64,000 nt of DNA from a virus (lineage: Duplodnaviria > Caudoviricetes). The stretch lies in the IMG/VR virus record IMGVR_UViG_3300025706_000021, positions 12,503 to 76,502 of that record. One strand, given 5' to 3'. The position numbers were made by a program, and so were the translations under genes. Positions 29,330 through 39,579 of this stretch are shown here, piece by piece; the stretch's first letter is position 1; each line of letters starts with the position of its first letter. Under the pieces are notes generated by a model. That model worked only from the letters and a program-made list of their open reading frames with translations, had not been told where the DNA came from and searched no databases.

Positions 29330-29944
29330 TTATTTTTCAGCAGTCAGAAGGGCGAAGGTTTCATCGCCCATTGTTTCGAGACGCATCGCATAAGCGACCA
29401 AGAACGGGTGCGCAGCATTGACCACTTCAAACGAATGCTTATCGACAGAGCGCACAATCCCAAGGGCACCCAAGAAACCGCCCGTGCCCACAGTGCGGGA
29501 ACATTGACTAACCCGCGTTCCCTCGTTCGGTATGCTACCCAGGAACTTAGCGAGACGGGCACGGGAAACGCCCTTAATTGCTGCGGTGTTTTCATCGCCC
29601 GTACCGCCCATTGCAAAGCGCATATTCTGAAAGTTAATTGTTTTATCTTTCGATTGCGCAATGCTTGCAACGATCAACGCGGTGGCTTTGTCGAAACCCG
29701 CGACCATATCGCCCGCGACGAATGCGACCGCTTGAGCGAGACGCTTAAGGGCTTTTTGGTTCGTCATTTTCGCGACCGTTTCGCCCTCGAAAGCGCCCGC
29801 GACGAATTCGCAATTACCTTCGCTTGCAAAGCGTAGAATCGCTTTGATGTCGCCCGGCGTTGCGCCCTTCGCGTTCAGACGTTCAGCTTGTTGCACGAAT
29901 GCAGAATTGATCGTAACGATAATTTTGTTGGTTTGCTTTTTCAT
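29330..29944 (-). CDS. Hypothetical protein (204 aa)
   Basis: Good SD (AGGGA); hairpin 29287-29308 follows the stop. Confidence 0.75.
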   Translation of the reverse strand: MKKQTNKIIVTINSAFVQQAERLNAKGATPGDIKAILRFASEGNCEFVAGAFEGETVAKMTNQKALKRLAQAVAFVAGDMVAGFDKATALIVASIAQSKDKTINFQNMRFAMGGTGDENTAAIKGVSRARLAKFLGSIPNEGTRVSQCSRTVGTGGFLGALGIVRSVDKHSFEVVNAAHPFLVAYAMRLETMGDETFALLTAEK

Positions 29945-30646
29945 GGTGATTTCCCTATGTAAAAAAAAGGTTGGTTTGTTTTTTGTTTAAAAGAACATTG
30001 TTCGAGCATGCACCAAAAGCGCTTGCTAGTTCAGGGCACCCCGTCAGAGATTGAACCTGACTCCCTTGCTCACTTGGGGCGGGTATTTCGTTTGCCCCTT
30101 GCTTGAGACAAATAGTCTCATGAACTTTCGAAACAGTGCAAGCATTTTTTAATAAAAAAGTGCATTAAACCGGCGATTGTTTATGAGAATCATTCTCACG
30201 CTTTGCACTTGTAACGTGACATGGGCGCATGCGCGATTAGCACGAAAAACAGAGCGCACGCAAGAAAAATAATGCGAAAAATCGAAAATATATTTTGCGC
30301 ATGCAAAGTGAATTTTAAGCGCCCGGAAACCCTTGTGCTGCAACGATCTTCGTCAGGATCGACGAATGACAATGAACTAATGCCCTAGTACCAAAGCGAC
30401 CAAAAACGCAAGGCAGCGCATTGGCATAGTGTTTAAGGGCATGCACAAATCAGGTGCATGAATGCACGCATATTTACCGGGCACGAGGCTTGCATGTATA
30501 TAGTGGAAACCCTATGTAGCAAAAGCACTACATAGTGGAAGCGCAATATGCGGCCCATTCTCATTTCGATGGATGTCGAAATGAGGACAACTCTCAAACA
30601 AGGACGGTTCTCAACTGGCCCGACCGTACTTGGATTCTTCACTCTG

Positions 30647-30700
30647 TATGGAAACTAAGCCGTATATTGGATCACCGCCGTATATGGACAGCAAGCCGTA
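30647..30700. repeat. 3 head-to-tail copies of the 18-bp TATGGN-N6-GCCGTA motif
   Basis: TATGGAaactaaGCCGTA / TATTGGatcaccGCCGTA / TATGGAcagcaaGCCGTA. Confidence 0.85.
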
Positions 30701-30766
30701 CCATGCCACCCAGCCGAGGCTCACGCTTTGCAGATCCAGGTACGCAAGCTGCGTACCCTTGTTGGA

Positions 30767-30958
30767 TCAGTACCAATCAGACTGACGATGGCGAAGCGAC
30801 TTGTTCTTCTGCCGCTCCCGCAGTTCTTTGATCTCTGCCTTCATTTGCATTTCCTCGTAGGGATCGCCCCCGAGATCTTCATCACCAGGAAGGTCATCAA
30901 CATCGGACAGCGCTTCCAGGTTGAGTTCGTAGGTCGGCATGTAGTAATCGCGGCTCAT
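30767..30958 (-). CDS. Small acidic hypothetical protein
   Basis: MSRDYYMPTYELNLEAL..., SD AAGGGGA. Confidence 0.6.
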   Translation of the reverse strand: MSRDYYMPTYELNLEALSDVDDLPGDEDLGGDPYEEMQMKAEIKELRERQKNKSLRHRQSDWY

Positions 30959-31737
30959 GCTCTTCCCCTTACTTGAAACGAGGAATGTGACCAAGCACCA
31001 TGCAATGCGCTTGATGGAAGGGAACGCCCTGATTACGCAGATAACGGACACCCACGTAAGGCCCGATCTTCTTCAGCATCTTCATCAACTTGGCATTCAG
31101 ACTGGCAGACATTTCAAACTCCCTAAGAACCGCAGCACGTCGCTGCATGTTTCACAGTTTGAAAGTACCGCTACGGCTGTCACAGTGCGTCTGTGTTGCG
31201 TTTGGCAAGCGCTGGGTAGGTATCGCCCTACCCTACAGCGCTCAACACGCTCCAACGCTGTGCCTCAATTGGAACAACCGTGTGCCTATGTTGGAAAGAC
31301 CCTAACATGGGAACGAAAGACCCCATTTGTGGGCCTTGGAAAGAAAGACTCAAGGAACCTGGGCTGTATATGGAAACACAGCCGTATGGTTGCCCTGCCG
31401 TACTCAGTATTTCACCAATTCTTCTGGATGAAATTGATGGGTGGTCATCTTTCCGTATGTCAGCCTCGCTGTTCTTTCATCCACCTTCTCGTACTGCACG
31501 CCACTGTACGGACAATGAAATCGATCACGCACATTCAATAAACCAAATGGCACCAGTTTCTCGGCGTATTCCTCTGCCATCAGAACACCTCAATATCGCC
31601 ATACATGGCAACACCCACTGCCACGAAGATTGCGCCTACCAACCAGCCGCTCATTTTCAATAGTTCGATGGTGACTTCGTACATGATGCGCTCCCGTTGT
31701 TGATGCTTCACAGTATGGGAGCGCAGTCACGGCTGAT

Positions 31738-31938
31738 TTAGCTGATCTCGATCTCCATCCGTTCAACCATCGCCATCTTGTGTATCGTTGCACCCGCCTT
31801 GGCAAAGCACTCACGCATGTAGTCGAAGAAACCCTCTTCCTTGAGGCTGCTCAATAGTTCTTCATCCATGTTTCGGCTGATGACCCTGTGCGTATCACCG
31901 TTAAGGCCGTATTCGATTACGAGGTCTTGCGTTGCCAT
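31738..31938 (-). CDS. Hypothetical protein
   Basis: SD AAGGAG; 66 aa. Confidence 0.65.
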   Translation of the reverse strand: MATQDLVIEYGLNGDTHRVISRNMDEELLSSLKEEGFFDYMRECFAKAGATIHKMAMVERMEIEIS

Positions 31939-32304
31939 ACTGGCTCCTTTTGTTGTTGCCTGCCGGGTTGGCCGGTACTGAATTTTAACCGTTCAGTCAC
32001 CAGTGCCTTTGCCTGGTTCCAAGAGACTGTGAAATATTTCACGTTTTGGGGCCAAATTGGCACAATTTCCCACTTTGGCTTTACTCACTCGGCGAGCGAT
32101 TTCTTCAATTCCCCACTTTTGCCTCAATTCCGGGGTGTTTTTGGTAGTGTTTTCCCACTTCTGGATTTGCCTCTGTATGGCTGACTAGCCGTTTCTTATA
32201 ACCAAAATCGATAAGGAAAGGGAAAATTCACAGATTTCGTGATGGAATAAGACAATTGACACAAATTTTGCGCGCCAAACCTTATATTGCACATAGCCCT
32301 TATA

Positions 32305-32413
32305 TTGTTAAGTCTTCATAGTCTTCATTGTCTTCATTGTTAAGTCTTCATTGTTAAGTCTTCATTGTTAAGTCTTGCGTGCCTTTCTTGAGTGCCTTTC
32401 TTGAGTGCCTTCA
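32305..32413. repeat. Tandem 14-bp (TTGTTAAGTCTTCA) and 13-bp (GAGTGCCTTTCTT) repeats
   Basis: 14-mer at 32305, 32337, 32351 and 32365 with shorter GTCTTCA units between; three 13-mers follow. Confidence 0.9.
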
Positions 32414-32811
32414 TTGTTGTATCGTTGAATGCCAGGTGTTGTGTTATTGGTGGTGGGTGTTCTTCCTCTTACATTGTTCGCCTTTAGGTGTTTGTTCTTT
32501 CTCTTACATTTGAAGATATTCAAGCCTTTAGGTCTTTGTTCCTTCCCTTACATTGTCGAGGTGTTGTTGGTGGGCGTTTGTTCTTCCTCTTCATTTAAAG
32601 GTCGTGGAATACTGTGGTTGTCTTTGTTCTTCCTCTTTACGTTGCGGTTGCTTTTTAGGCTGTTACGTTGTTCCGTAGCTGTCTGTAGCCTTCTTCTGCA
32701 CTATTACTTCCGTGGTCTTCTGCGCTGGTTCTTCGAGTTTGCTTGGATCTGTTGTGTTCAGGTATTCGATCCATTCGTTGATTCGTTGTTCTTTTGGTGC
32801 CTGGGTTGGAT

Positions 32812-33045
32812 TTACCATGTTCCCCATCCTTCTTTGGTTGCCATTGCCATTGTCTGTTTGGGAGTTTTCGGACTGTTGGTCTTGCGGGCGATACGGCCAT
32901 ACAAATGTTCGCTGACTTTCCCACCAGCAAGCGCTCTGACAGGTTCCCATTCGGTTCCGCTCATTGAGCGGTAGCGGTCATCCGTTGTCATGACCTCGCC
33001 GATGCTGAGAAACGAGTAGCCTGGTGGCGGCGGAATCAAGCTCAT
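32812..33045 (-). CDS. Hypothetical protein ending GWGTW
   Basis: ATGA-coupled to the upstream small ORF. Confidence 0.6.
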   Translation of the reverse strand: MSLIPPPPGYSFLSIGEVMTTDDRYRSMSGTEWEPVRALAGGKVSEHLYGRIARKTNSPKTPKQTMAMATKEGWGTW

Positions 33046-33212
33046 GCCATCAAACCCAATTCGCGGGCACGCTTGATTGCCTCAAGTTCGACGTGACGTT
33101 CGGTGACACCCTCTTCGGTTGGATAGAATGCGAACGCATTCTCGATCAGCCTTTGGGTATCCCTGTCGCTGAATCCCGTTACCCTGCCGATGATGTCGAG
33201 TGCTTTAGACAT
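33042..33212 (-). CDS. Hypothetical protein (56 aa)
   Basis: Manual translation MSKALDIIGRVTGFSDRDTQRLIENAFAFYP... Confidence 0.6.
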   Translation of the reverse strand: MSKALDIIGRVTGFSDRDTQRLIENAFAFYPTEEGVTERHVELEAIKRARELGLMA

Positions 33213-33414
33213 TTGCATTTGCCATTACCCCTGAGTTTTTTAGGACTTCGATTGCCTTCTCTTTCGAGACCTGTTTGGTGGAAAGCAAGCGCTTGGCGAA
33301 TTTGTACTCCATCCCTTCGATCCAGACTTTATCGTCCATGTCGTTTCGCTTTTCCGCGTAGGTGCGAACCACCACATTCGGGCCTTCGATTTTCATGGTC
33401 GAGAATATTTTCAT
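33205..33414 (-). CDS. Hypothetical protein
   Basis: SD GGGGA; promoter-like leader upstream. Confidence 0.6.
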   Translation of the reverse strand: MKIFSTMKIEGPNVVVRTYAEKRNDMDDKVWIEGMEYKFAKRLLSTKQVSKEKAIEVLKNSGVMANANV

Positions 33415-33738
33415 GGCTTACTTCCCCTGTTCTGATGCTGCTATTGTGACCGTGCGTTTGCGGATGTTTTCTCTATATGGCTACCTTGCCGTACCTTGAA
33501 AGACCCGTGCGGTTGGTGCTTTATTACCGAAAGTTATTGATTGCCAACACTGGATAGCGATTGGCTATATGCGGTTGTATCCCGGTTGCATCGCGGTTGT
33601 TTCAAGCATGCCTACGGTGCCGATAATATCCATTAAAAACAATGACTTACATGACAGTTGCAACCGCCACGGCTTGCGGGTCGAAAAAAGACCCTGACCG
33701 AAGCCAGGGTTAATGGAGTACACCATGAAAGTGTTCGG

Positions 33739-34119
33739 TTATTTGGCGGTCTTTTTCGCCTTCAATTCTTTGAGCTTTTCGAGGCGTTCGATCATCGGTT
33801 CGGGAGTTGCCGGGTAGTTAGTGCGGGTTCCTATTCGCAGAAACTCTGAGCGACAAGTGCCTGGGCCATCGAGAGTTACGAACTCGCACTTGTAACAGTC
33901 CGAATCGTTGATTCGGCAAAGCGAGCATGTGGTTTCATCAATGCAGAACGAATTGCCATTTGTGCCATACACCGTGAAGTTGGACAACTTGAGGTCGTGT
34001 CGTTTCAGGTTCTCTTCACGCAGTCCGATCCACTTTTTCAGCGAGTGATCGATTGCATTGGCGCGAGTGACCTTGCTGATCGGCGGGTAGAACTCTTTCT
34101 TCCAGGTTGCAATTCCCAT
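33739..34119 (-). CDS. Cys-rich hypothetical protein
   Basis: CSLC...CYKC...C; SD GAGG. Confidence 0.7.
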   Translation of the reverse strand: MGIATWKKEFYPPISKVTRANAIDHSLKKWIGLREENLKRHDLKLSNFTVYGTNGNSFCIDETTCSLCRINDSDCYKCEFVTLDGPGTCRSEFLRIGTRTNYPATPEPMIERLEKLKELKAKKTAK

Positions 34120-34266
34120 GATTTGCCTCGTTTGTTAAGACCCCAAAGAACAAAACGCCGTGTGCATAGGCATTACACACGCTACGACAGACCGGCCTAG
34201 TCTGACCCCTCCGTGCTGGGGAGCTTCCGACGCTTTGTTCTTTGGGTGCCCTTGCGGGCACGCCGA

Positions 34267-34566
34267 TTACACTTTCGACCAGACCACCGCGCATTCGTAG
34301 GCTTTCGCGTGATTGAGCAGCGTGGCGACCAGATCAACGGCAACCTGTTCTTCGAGCGGGCAGATGCCGTGCTTGAACGAGTGGGCATTCGCTAACGCCG
34401 TGGGCAACTGACCCACTTCGATGCGGCCTTCGGGCGGTGCTTTGCCCGTGTGGTTCTCGGACTCGCAGAAGTTATAGACCAGCATGTGCAGCGTGTAGTC
34501 ATGCACTAAGGCGACGCCCGCACCGTTCTTGGTGTCGCGGCCCTCGATCTTGACTTTCAGTAGCAT
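34267..34566 (-). CDS. Hypothetical protein
   Basis: SD GGGA; preceded by an early-type promoter. Confidence 0.6.
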   Translation of the reverse strand: MLLKVKIEGRDTKNGAGVALVHDYTLHMLVYNFCESENHTGKAPPEGRIEVGQLPTALANAHSFKHGICPLEEQVAVDLVATLLNHAKAYECAVVWSKV

Positions 34567-34648
34567 TTCGTTCCCATTGTTGTGTTGTCGATATGGTCAT
34601 TATGAAACCACGGGTGAGGCCCACCAATCTCACCCGTGACTGAGTGCC

Positions 34649-34903
34649 TTAGTAGCGCTTGTAGCGCCGAGCTTCCTCTTCGCGACGCTGCTTGTCGATG
34701 GATTCCTGGGCGCGATCCTGCTGGCGCTGGTAGTCGTAGTCACGACGCGCAGCTTCGTTGCGGTTGTTGGCATCAACCTGCGCACACGCGGCAGTCGATC
34801 CCGAGCAGACCCACCTTCCCTGCCCAACATAGGTCGTTTTGGGCGCATCGGCACCAATGGCGCTGGTGGCAATCAGGGCGAAAATCAAAACAGTCTTTTT
34901 CAT
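34649..34903 (-). CDS. Small secreted protein
   Basis: Signal peptide MKKTVLIFALIATSAIGA; CSGSTAAC. Confidence 0.7.
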   Translation of the reverse strand: MKKTVLIFALIATSAIGADAPKTTYVGQGRWVCSGSTAACAQVDANNRNEAARRDYDYQRQQDRAQESIDKQRREEEARRYKRY

Positions 34904-34912
34904 GTCTTGCTC

Positions 34913-35086
34913 CTAGTCATCTTCTGCGAGAAAGATCAGCTTACACTGATCGTTTAGGCACCAATGCAACTGTTGCCCGTGTTGTTCTATGAAGTCCGTT
35001 CTGCTCTGACACAGCGGGCAGCGCATTGGCTGGTCACTGTTGAGGGAAACGTCGAGTTCTTCTGGTTTTACGCCGCCTTCAGTCAT
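34913..35086 (-). CDS. Small zinc-ribbon protein
   Basis: CPLC...C...C; C-terminal part of track ORF 34913..35344. Confidence 0.55.
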   Translation of the reverse strand: MTEGGVKPEELDVSLNSDQPMRCPLCQSRTDFIEQHGQQLHWCLNDQCKLIFLAEDD

Positions 35087-35273
35087 CGCATGCCTCGAAC
35101 TTTGTGCCGTAAGGCAACTTACGGATGTGCCGCAAACCATCGTGATCGCGCATCTTGTTGATGGCCCAAAGCGCGTATTCTTCCTTGCTTTCTGACCTGC
35201 ACGAACGAACACGGAAGGACGAAATGCTGCCCATATCGTCGATGAACGGCACCTTGCAGATGTACTTAGCCAT
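35079..35273 (-). CDS. Hypothetical protein
   Basis: SD GAGG; 64 aa. Confidence 0.6.
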   Translation of the reverse strand: MAKYICKVPFIDDMGSISSFRVRSCRSESKEEYALWAINKMRDHDGLRHIRKLPYGTKFEACDD

Positions 35274-35387
35274 ACAAATACCTCATTCGCGCCTCTACAC
35301 GCCCAAGCGTGTCTACCCACGCCTCTGGCGTACCGATCAGACACACTAGGCGACCCTCATGCAGTGCTTCCGCGAGTGCGTCGAGCA

Positions 35388-35828
35388 TCACTTGCATTCC
35401 TTCACGGGCTTGGGTGTCCAGTACAGATCAAGCTCGACCCCGCTTTCGATGTATTCTTGGATGCTGATGTAGCCCCATCCGGCGCTGTTGAACCCATAAC
35501 CGTACAGCGTGGCCTTTCCGTATGCCTGAAGCTGTGGAGACCCACGGTCGCAGTACATATCTTTCTCGATGATCCAGGCATCGATGTTGCCGAGAAAGTA
35601 GTGCAGATGCACGATCTTGTCGGGCACCTCGATTGCCTCTGTCTGGTACGTGTGCGGCATTTCGGAGATCCGCTTGTCCAGATCAATAACCAGCTTCGCG
35701 AAGTATTCGCCCTCTTCCGAACGCAAGTTCTGCTTGAGAGTGAGGCGCTGGCTGTTGGGCATGAATTTGCTGAGCAGCCGACCGTGCGCGAGCAGCTTTT
35801 CTGCCGTGATTCGTTCGATAAGGCTCAT
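35388..35828 (-). CDS. DUF2958-like phage/plasmid early protein
   Basis: IVHLHYF...AWIIEKD...AYG...GWGYISIQE pattern recalled from DUF2958-type proteins. Confidence 0.55.
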   Translation of the reverse strand: MSLIERITAEKLLAHGRLLSKFMPNSQRLTLKQNLRSEEGEYFAKLVIDLDKRISEMPHTYQTEAIEVPDKIVHLHYFLGNIDAWIIEKDMYCDRGSPQLQAYGKATLYGYGFNSAGWGYISIQEYIESGVELDLYWTPKPVKECK

Positions 35829-35884
35829 GGTTTTCTCCGTTCGTTGTTCGATGGTTCTATTGTAGTGTCGCTGTCACGGCTGAC

Positions 35885-36256
35885 TTAGCTGCACTCTTCC
35901 TCCTGCTTGTCGCAGTAGGGCTGCACTTCGGTTTCCATCACCACCGCGAAGTCATCCATCGGGTGCAGTTTGGAACACGAATTATCAGCAATCGCGTCGT
36001 AGCCGTCGTTGCCGAGAATGATTTGGACATGGTGCGTAGCCCCTCTCTTTTCGCCGAAAGCCTTGTGAAAGTAGATTGCCGCAGCGTCAACCGCGAACAC
36101 TGCGTCCATCGCCTGTTCTTCGTTAGGATCGATGGTGTCTTCATCGGGGTCGCCTCCGTCGTCAATCCTGGTGATGATCCAGCCATGCTTCTTCATGGTG
36201 CGAATCAGGTGGCGAACGACCTTGCGTTCGATTTCTTGGCGTTGCTCTACGTTCAT
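35885..36256 (-). CDS. Hypothetical protein
   Basis: IDDGG, VQIILGNDG.DAIADNS; SD GGAG. Confidence 0.75.
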   Translation of the reverse strand: MNVEQRQEIERKVVRHLIRTMKKHGWIITRIDDGGDPDEDTIDPNEEQAMDAVFAVDAAAIYFHKAFGEKRGATHHVQIILGNDGYDAIADNSCSKLHPMDDFAVVMETEVQPYCDKQEEECS

Positions 36257-36290
36257 GGCGGTCTCCCGTGTAATGTTTGAATTCTGAGGG

Positions 36291-36620
36291 TCAGTCTTCG
36301 GAAATGGGCGGGATCATGTGCATGCACGCGCCGAGGTCGAACAGCGCCTGCTCGATGTGCGGAGTGCCCATGCACGCCATGAAGTTGCCATCGGTATGGC
36401 TGAAATTCACGAAGTAGCACGGGATGCCGGGGTAGCGCCAGAAATCCGTGACCAGCACCGTCACCGTACTGCCCTGCGGCAGATCAACAACCGAGACCTC
36501 GTACTCTTCGCGGTCGTTCGGCCTGCCTTGATACTCGCTAAGTTTCTCGATTTTCAGGCGCTCTTCTCCGAAACCGACTAGCGACAGGTTGCGGATCAGC
36601 TTGAGCAGTGCTTCGGACAT
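36291..36620 (-). CDS. Hypothetical protein
   Basis: SD AAGGGG; early promoter upstream. Confidence 0.7.
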   Translation of the reverse strand: MSEALLKLIRNLSLVGFGEERLKIEKLSEYQGRPNDREEYEVSVVDLPQGSTVTVLVTDFWRYPGIPCYFVNFSHTDGNFMACMGTPHIEQALFDLGACMHMIPPISED

Positions 36621-36661
36621 GGTGTTTCCCCTTCGTCATTGCGTTGTCGATGATGCTATTG

Positions 36662-36967
36662 TTACCGGTGGAACCTGGCTTTAGGTAATTGACGCAGCAC
36701 CTCTTCCTTCGCTTTCTGGCGATCAACGGCACGCACGAAGACCTCATTGACGAACTTCTGCCCATCCCCGAATGCGTGGTACATGAAGCCAACCTTGGCG
36801 TTCCCGGCGCCCCAATAGGCACCGCCCTGATCGTAGTCGTGGTCGATCATGGGCATGCGGTAGAGCCGCAACTTGATCGGCTGATCGCGGTCATGCACTT
36901 CGTTGCAGCGGCCCATAGCAGCACCGCGCGGGCCACACGCCGTCGCCAGTTTCGGGTACTTGGTCAT
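36662..36967 (-). CDS. Hypothetical protein
   Basis: YDQGGAYWG motif; SD GAGGA. Confidence 0.75.
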   Translation of the reverse strand: MTKYPKLATACGPRGAAMGRCNEVHDRDQPIKLRLYRMPMIDHDYDQGGAYWGAGNAKVGFMYHAFGDGQKFVNEVFVRAVDRQKAKEEVLRQLPKARFHR

Positions 36968-37133
36968 TTCAGTTCCTCCCCACACTTCTTGCAGATACCC
37001 TTAATCAAGTACCAGCCATTCTCGACTTCGTGATCGCAGCGCTGCTTTGCCTTTTCGCGCAGCCAGTCGGCGAACATCCCAAATGGCGCGAGAATCAGCA
37101 GGCACAGGACGTTGATGATCGGATAGATTGCTT

Positions 37134-37538
37134 TCATGATTTCACCCGTGACTTATCGGCATAATCGACATCGCGCACCTCGATTCGCTCTGCCATATCG
37201 AACCAGAAAATTGCCTGAAAGTTGCTTCGACGAAAGTGTTCGGCATCAACTTCGTAGCATGCGAGAACGAAATCGAGCTTCGCCAGGTTACGCCGCCACT
37301 TTGCCTTATAAATCCAGTTGCGCATTTGGGCAAGCGAGGAAAACCCAAAATTCCACTCGCAACTATTGCCCAAATCCCAAAACCCGAGTGGGTCATCCGT
37401 CATCGGCGATGGGTGCTTTTCGGTTGCGGTTGCGTCGCAGTCACCCTCTGTTGCGTTAATGAAGGCATGGTACTCTTTGTTGTACATCCCAATCCGCCCA
37501 TTGTCGCGATGCTCAACGCGCCAAACCTTTACTTTCAT
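37134..37538 (-). CDS. Hypothetical protein
   Basis: MKVKVWRVEH...FGFSSLAQMRNW. Confidence 0.65.
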   Translation of the reverse strand: MKVKVWRVEHRDNGRIGMYNKEYHAFINATEGDCDATATEKHPSPMTDDPLGFWDLGNSCEWNFGFSSLAQMRNWIYKAKWRRNLAKLDFVLACYEVDAEHFRRSNFQAIFWFDMAERIEVRDVDYADKSRVKS

Positions 37539-37540
37539 GG

Positions 37541-37813
37541 CTACTCTCCCGTTGCGACGTAGTAACCGGCTGCGCGCAGCCAGTAGCGGTTGCCTGTCAG
37601 TGCCTCGCCCTTCGCTTTGCTGCCCGTCATGAACTCGATTGCCTGCATATACAAATTCGCCAAGTCCCACGGCACGATGCAGTCAATCGGCAGTTTCCAG
37701 TCGGTCTTGTTGCAGACCTGATTGAATGCCGCGCGGTAGATTTCGGCCTGTTGCTCACGGGTGACTTCAATCGAAGTGTTTTCGGCTACAGTCGCGGTGT
37801 TTTCGGCTACCAT
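37541..37813 (-). CDS. Hypothetical protein
   Basis: DWKLPID...AIEFMTGS...YWLRAAGYY. Confidence 0.75.
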   Translation of the reverse strand: MVAENTATVAENTSIEVTREQQAEIYRAAFNQVCNKTDWKLPIDCIVPWDLANLYMQAIEFMTGSKAKGEALTGNRYWLRAAGYYVATGE

Positions 37814-37865
37814 TTCGGTTCCCTTTCGTTGTCGATATGGTGATTATGATCGGGCGCTATAGGCT

Positions 37866-38057
37866 CTAATAACAGAACCACCAACCGCACTTCTTGGAAC
37901 AAACGACACCGCCGCCAGGTGCGCAGACTATTTCAGCGCCACGGTCGGGGCACTCTTCGCAAATCTCGTAATGGCCGAACGGATCTTCTGGCAATGGCGT
38001 CTGGTCGATGGCGCGCTGCCGCTCGAATGCGTAGTCTTCGTCCATTCGCTCACCCAT
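37866..38057 (-). CDS. Small Cys-rich protein
   Basis: CEEC...C...CSKKCGWWFCY. Confidence 0.6.
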   Translation of the reverse strand: MGERMDEDYAFERQRAIDQTPLPEDPFGHYEICEECPDRGAEIVCAPGGGVVCSKKCGWWFCY

Positions 38058-38060
38058 GAC

Positions 38061-38582
38061 TTACACTGCCTTTCGCGAGAAAAACGAAAGAAGTTCCTTC
38101 TCCATCTGTTCGAGCTTGTATGCCGATGCCGCGCTCACCACCACCATTTCCTTGTCACGCATCGCGCTGCCGTTTGCCCAATGGTTCGGCTCGACAATAA
38201 GCTGTTTGGCACCAGAGGCAACCAGGATGCGTTGGCAGAATTCAGCGTGAGTTTTGGGCATGCCATAAGTCTCGTACATTTCCTTCATGCGCTTCTCGAT
38301 CTTGCGCATGATTTTAACGCCTGCTTCGAGTTCTTCAAGGCTACCGTGCCCGTAACGCTGGTCGAATCCGAAACGCTCAGCGTAGATGCGCTCGCTTTGT
38401 TCCCCCTCACCGCCGATCTGACTGCTGATCTTGATGCAGCCCTCTGGCCGACGATACTCGTTCTTTCCGGCCAAACTGATGATGACGTTCATGTGACCGT
38501 ATCCGTGCGATCTCTCCAACCACGCATAGGCGTAGGATTCAGTGTTGTTATCAATCACGGCGTCGATTCGGTTCTTGGTCAT
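38061..38582 (-). CDS. Hypothetical protein
   Basis: Start at MTKNRID after SD AGGGA. Confidence 0.7.
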   Translation of the reverse strand: MTKNRIDAVIDNNTESYAYAWLERSHGYGHMNVIISLAGKNEYRRPEGCIKISSQIGGEGEQSERIYAERFGFDQRYGHGSLEELEAGVKIMRKIEKRMKEMYETYGMPKTHAEFCQRILVASGAKQLIVEPNHWANGSAMRDKEMVVVSAASAYKLEQMEKELLSFFSRKAV

Positions 38583-38629
38583 GGCGCTTTCCCTGTGTGT
38601 TGCGTTGTCGATGATTGAATTTTGCGCTT

Positions 38630-39058
38630 CTACGCAAGGCTCAACCAATGCTCGATTGCTGCAATTTCCGCGTTCTCAAGTTGCAGCCAACAGTATTCCC
38701 GAACCGACGTGTCGCGCTGAATTCCGGTATCGAACCTTTGGTCGCCTAGATAGAAGATCCAATTGTCGTTCTCGCTTTGCATGCGACCAATGCGCTTGCC
38801 CGACGCCGTGAAGTTAAGGCTGCTGTCAATCGTCAGAACGAGGTTTTCATCCTGGTCATAAAGCTCGCGCCCGTCCGTGGTGTTGTTGTGGTAGAACATG
38901 AAGCGCTTGCCGTTGTGTTTAATCAGCGCAATCGAGGACAGGCTGTGCTGAAATTGCGGCACACCGCTACCGTACTCGGACACCGGTGCTTGATAGGCTG
39001 ACCACTTGTCCTTCTTTGGCTTTTTGGACAACTTGCCGTTGATTACTGCGTATGCCAT
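38630..39058 (-). CDS. Hypothetical protein
   Basis: Start at MAYAVING after SD GGGAG. Confidence 0.7.
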   Translation of the reverse strand: MAYAVINGKLSKKPKKDKWSAYQAPVSEYGSGVPQFQHSLSSIALIKHNGKRFMFYHNNTTDGRELYDQDENLVLTIDSSLNFTASGKRIGRMQSENDNWIFYLGDQRFDTGIQRDTSVREYCWLQLENAEIAAIEHWLSLA

Positions 39059-39093
39059 GTCAGTGCGCTCCCTGTTCGTTGTCAATGATTGAA

Positions 39094-39453
39094 TTATCGA
39101 AAATGCAACGAGGCGTCGATAGCGTTGCGTGCCTTCTGTAGTTCGTCGCGACCATAGTCGGCTGCGTAGAATGTGCATTGGGCGATGTCGTCCAGGGATT
39201 CGATAATCCCGTTGAGGGTGTCCTTGTTGTCGCCCCGCAGTTTCTTCGACAGTTCATGCAGCCGCGTCTTGATCGACTCAAGGAAGTCTTCGGCTGGGTA
39301 CTGGCACATCGCTTCATCGATATGGGCATCGATTCCCTCAAGCTCACGCAGTGCTTCATCTTTGCCGAGAAGATCCTCGATCTGACGGCGCGTTAAGCTG
39401 CCGTACATGCGAAAGGTTTCTGTTGGCGTCAGACTGCTGAAAACAACACTCAT
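39094..39453 (-). CDS. Hypothetical helical protein
   Basis: SD AAGGGAG. Confidence 0.7.
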   Translation of the reverse strand: MSVVFSSLTPTETFRMYGSLTRRQIEDLLGKDEALRELEGIDAHIDEAMCQYPAEDFLESIKTRLHELSKKLRGDNKDTLNGIIESLDDIAQCTFYAADYGRDELQKARNAIDASLHFR

Positions 39454-39579
39454 GGCTGTCTCCCTTTATGCTTCGGTTGCCGTACATATTCGTTCTTGCG
39501 ATCCTTCTCGCGGCGAACTGGCGGGATCGGGGTGCGGGTGAAAGGCTTGGGCACGGGCACCTTGATTGGCTCAGTCATG

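Noticed and set aside
28663-32413. Repeat arrays as possible CRISPR
   Set aside because: Units are 13-18 bp, head-to-tail or irregular, with no unique 30-40 bp spacers and no cas genes.
32429-32974. 181-aa hydrophobic plus-strand ORF that looks like a membrane protein
   Set aside because: Its composition follows from the T-rich strand bias of a repeat-rich region; no convincing start context.
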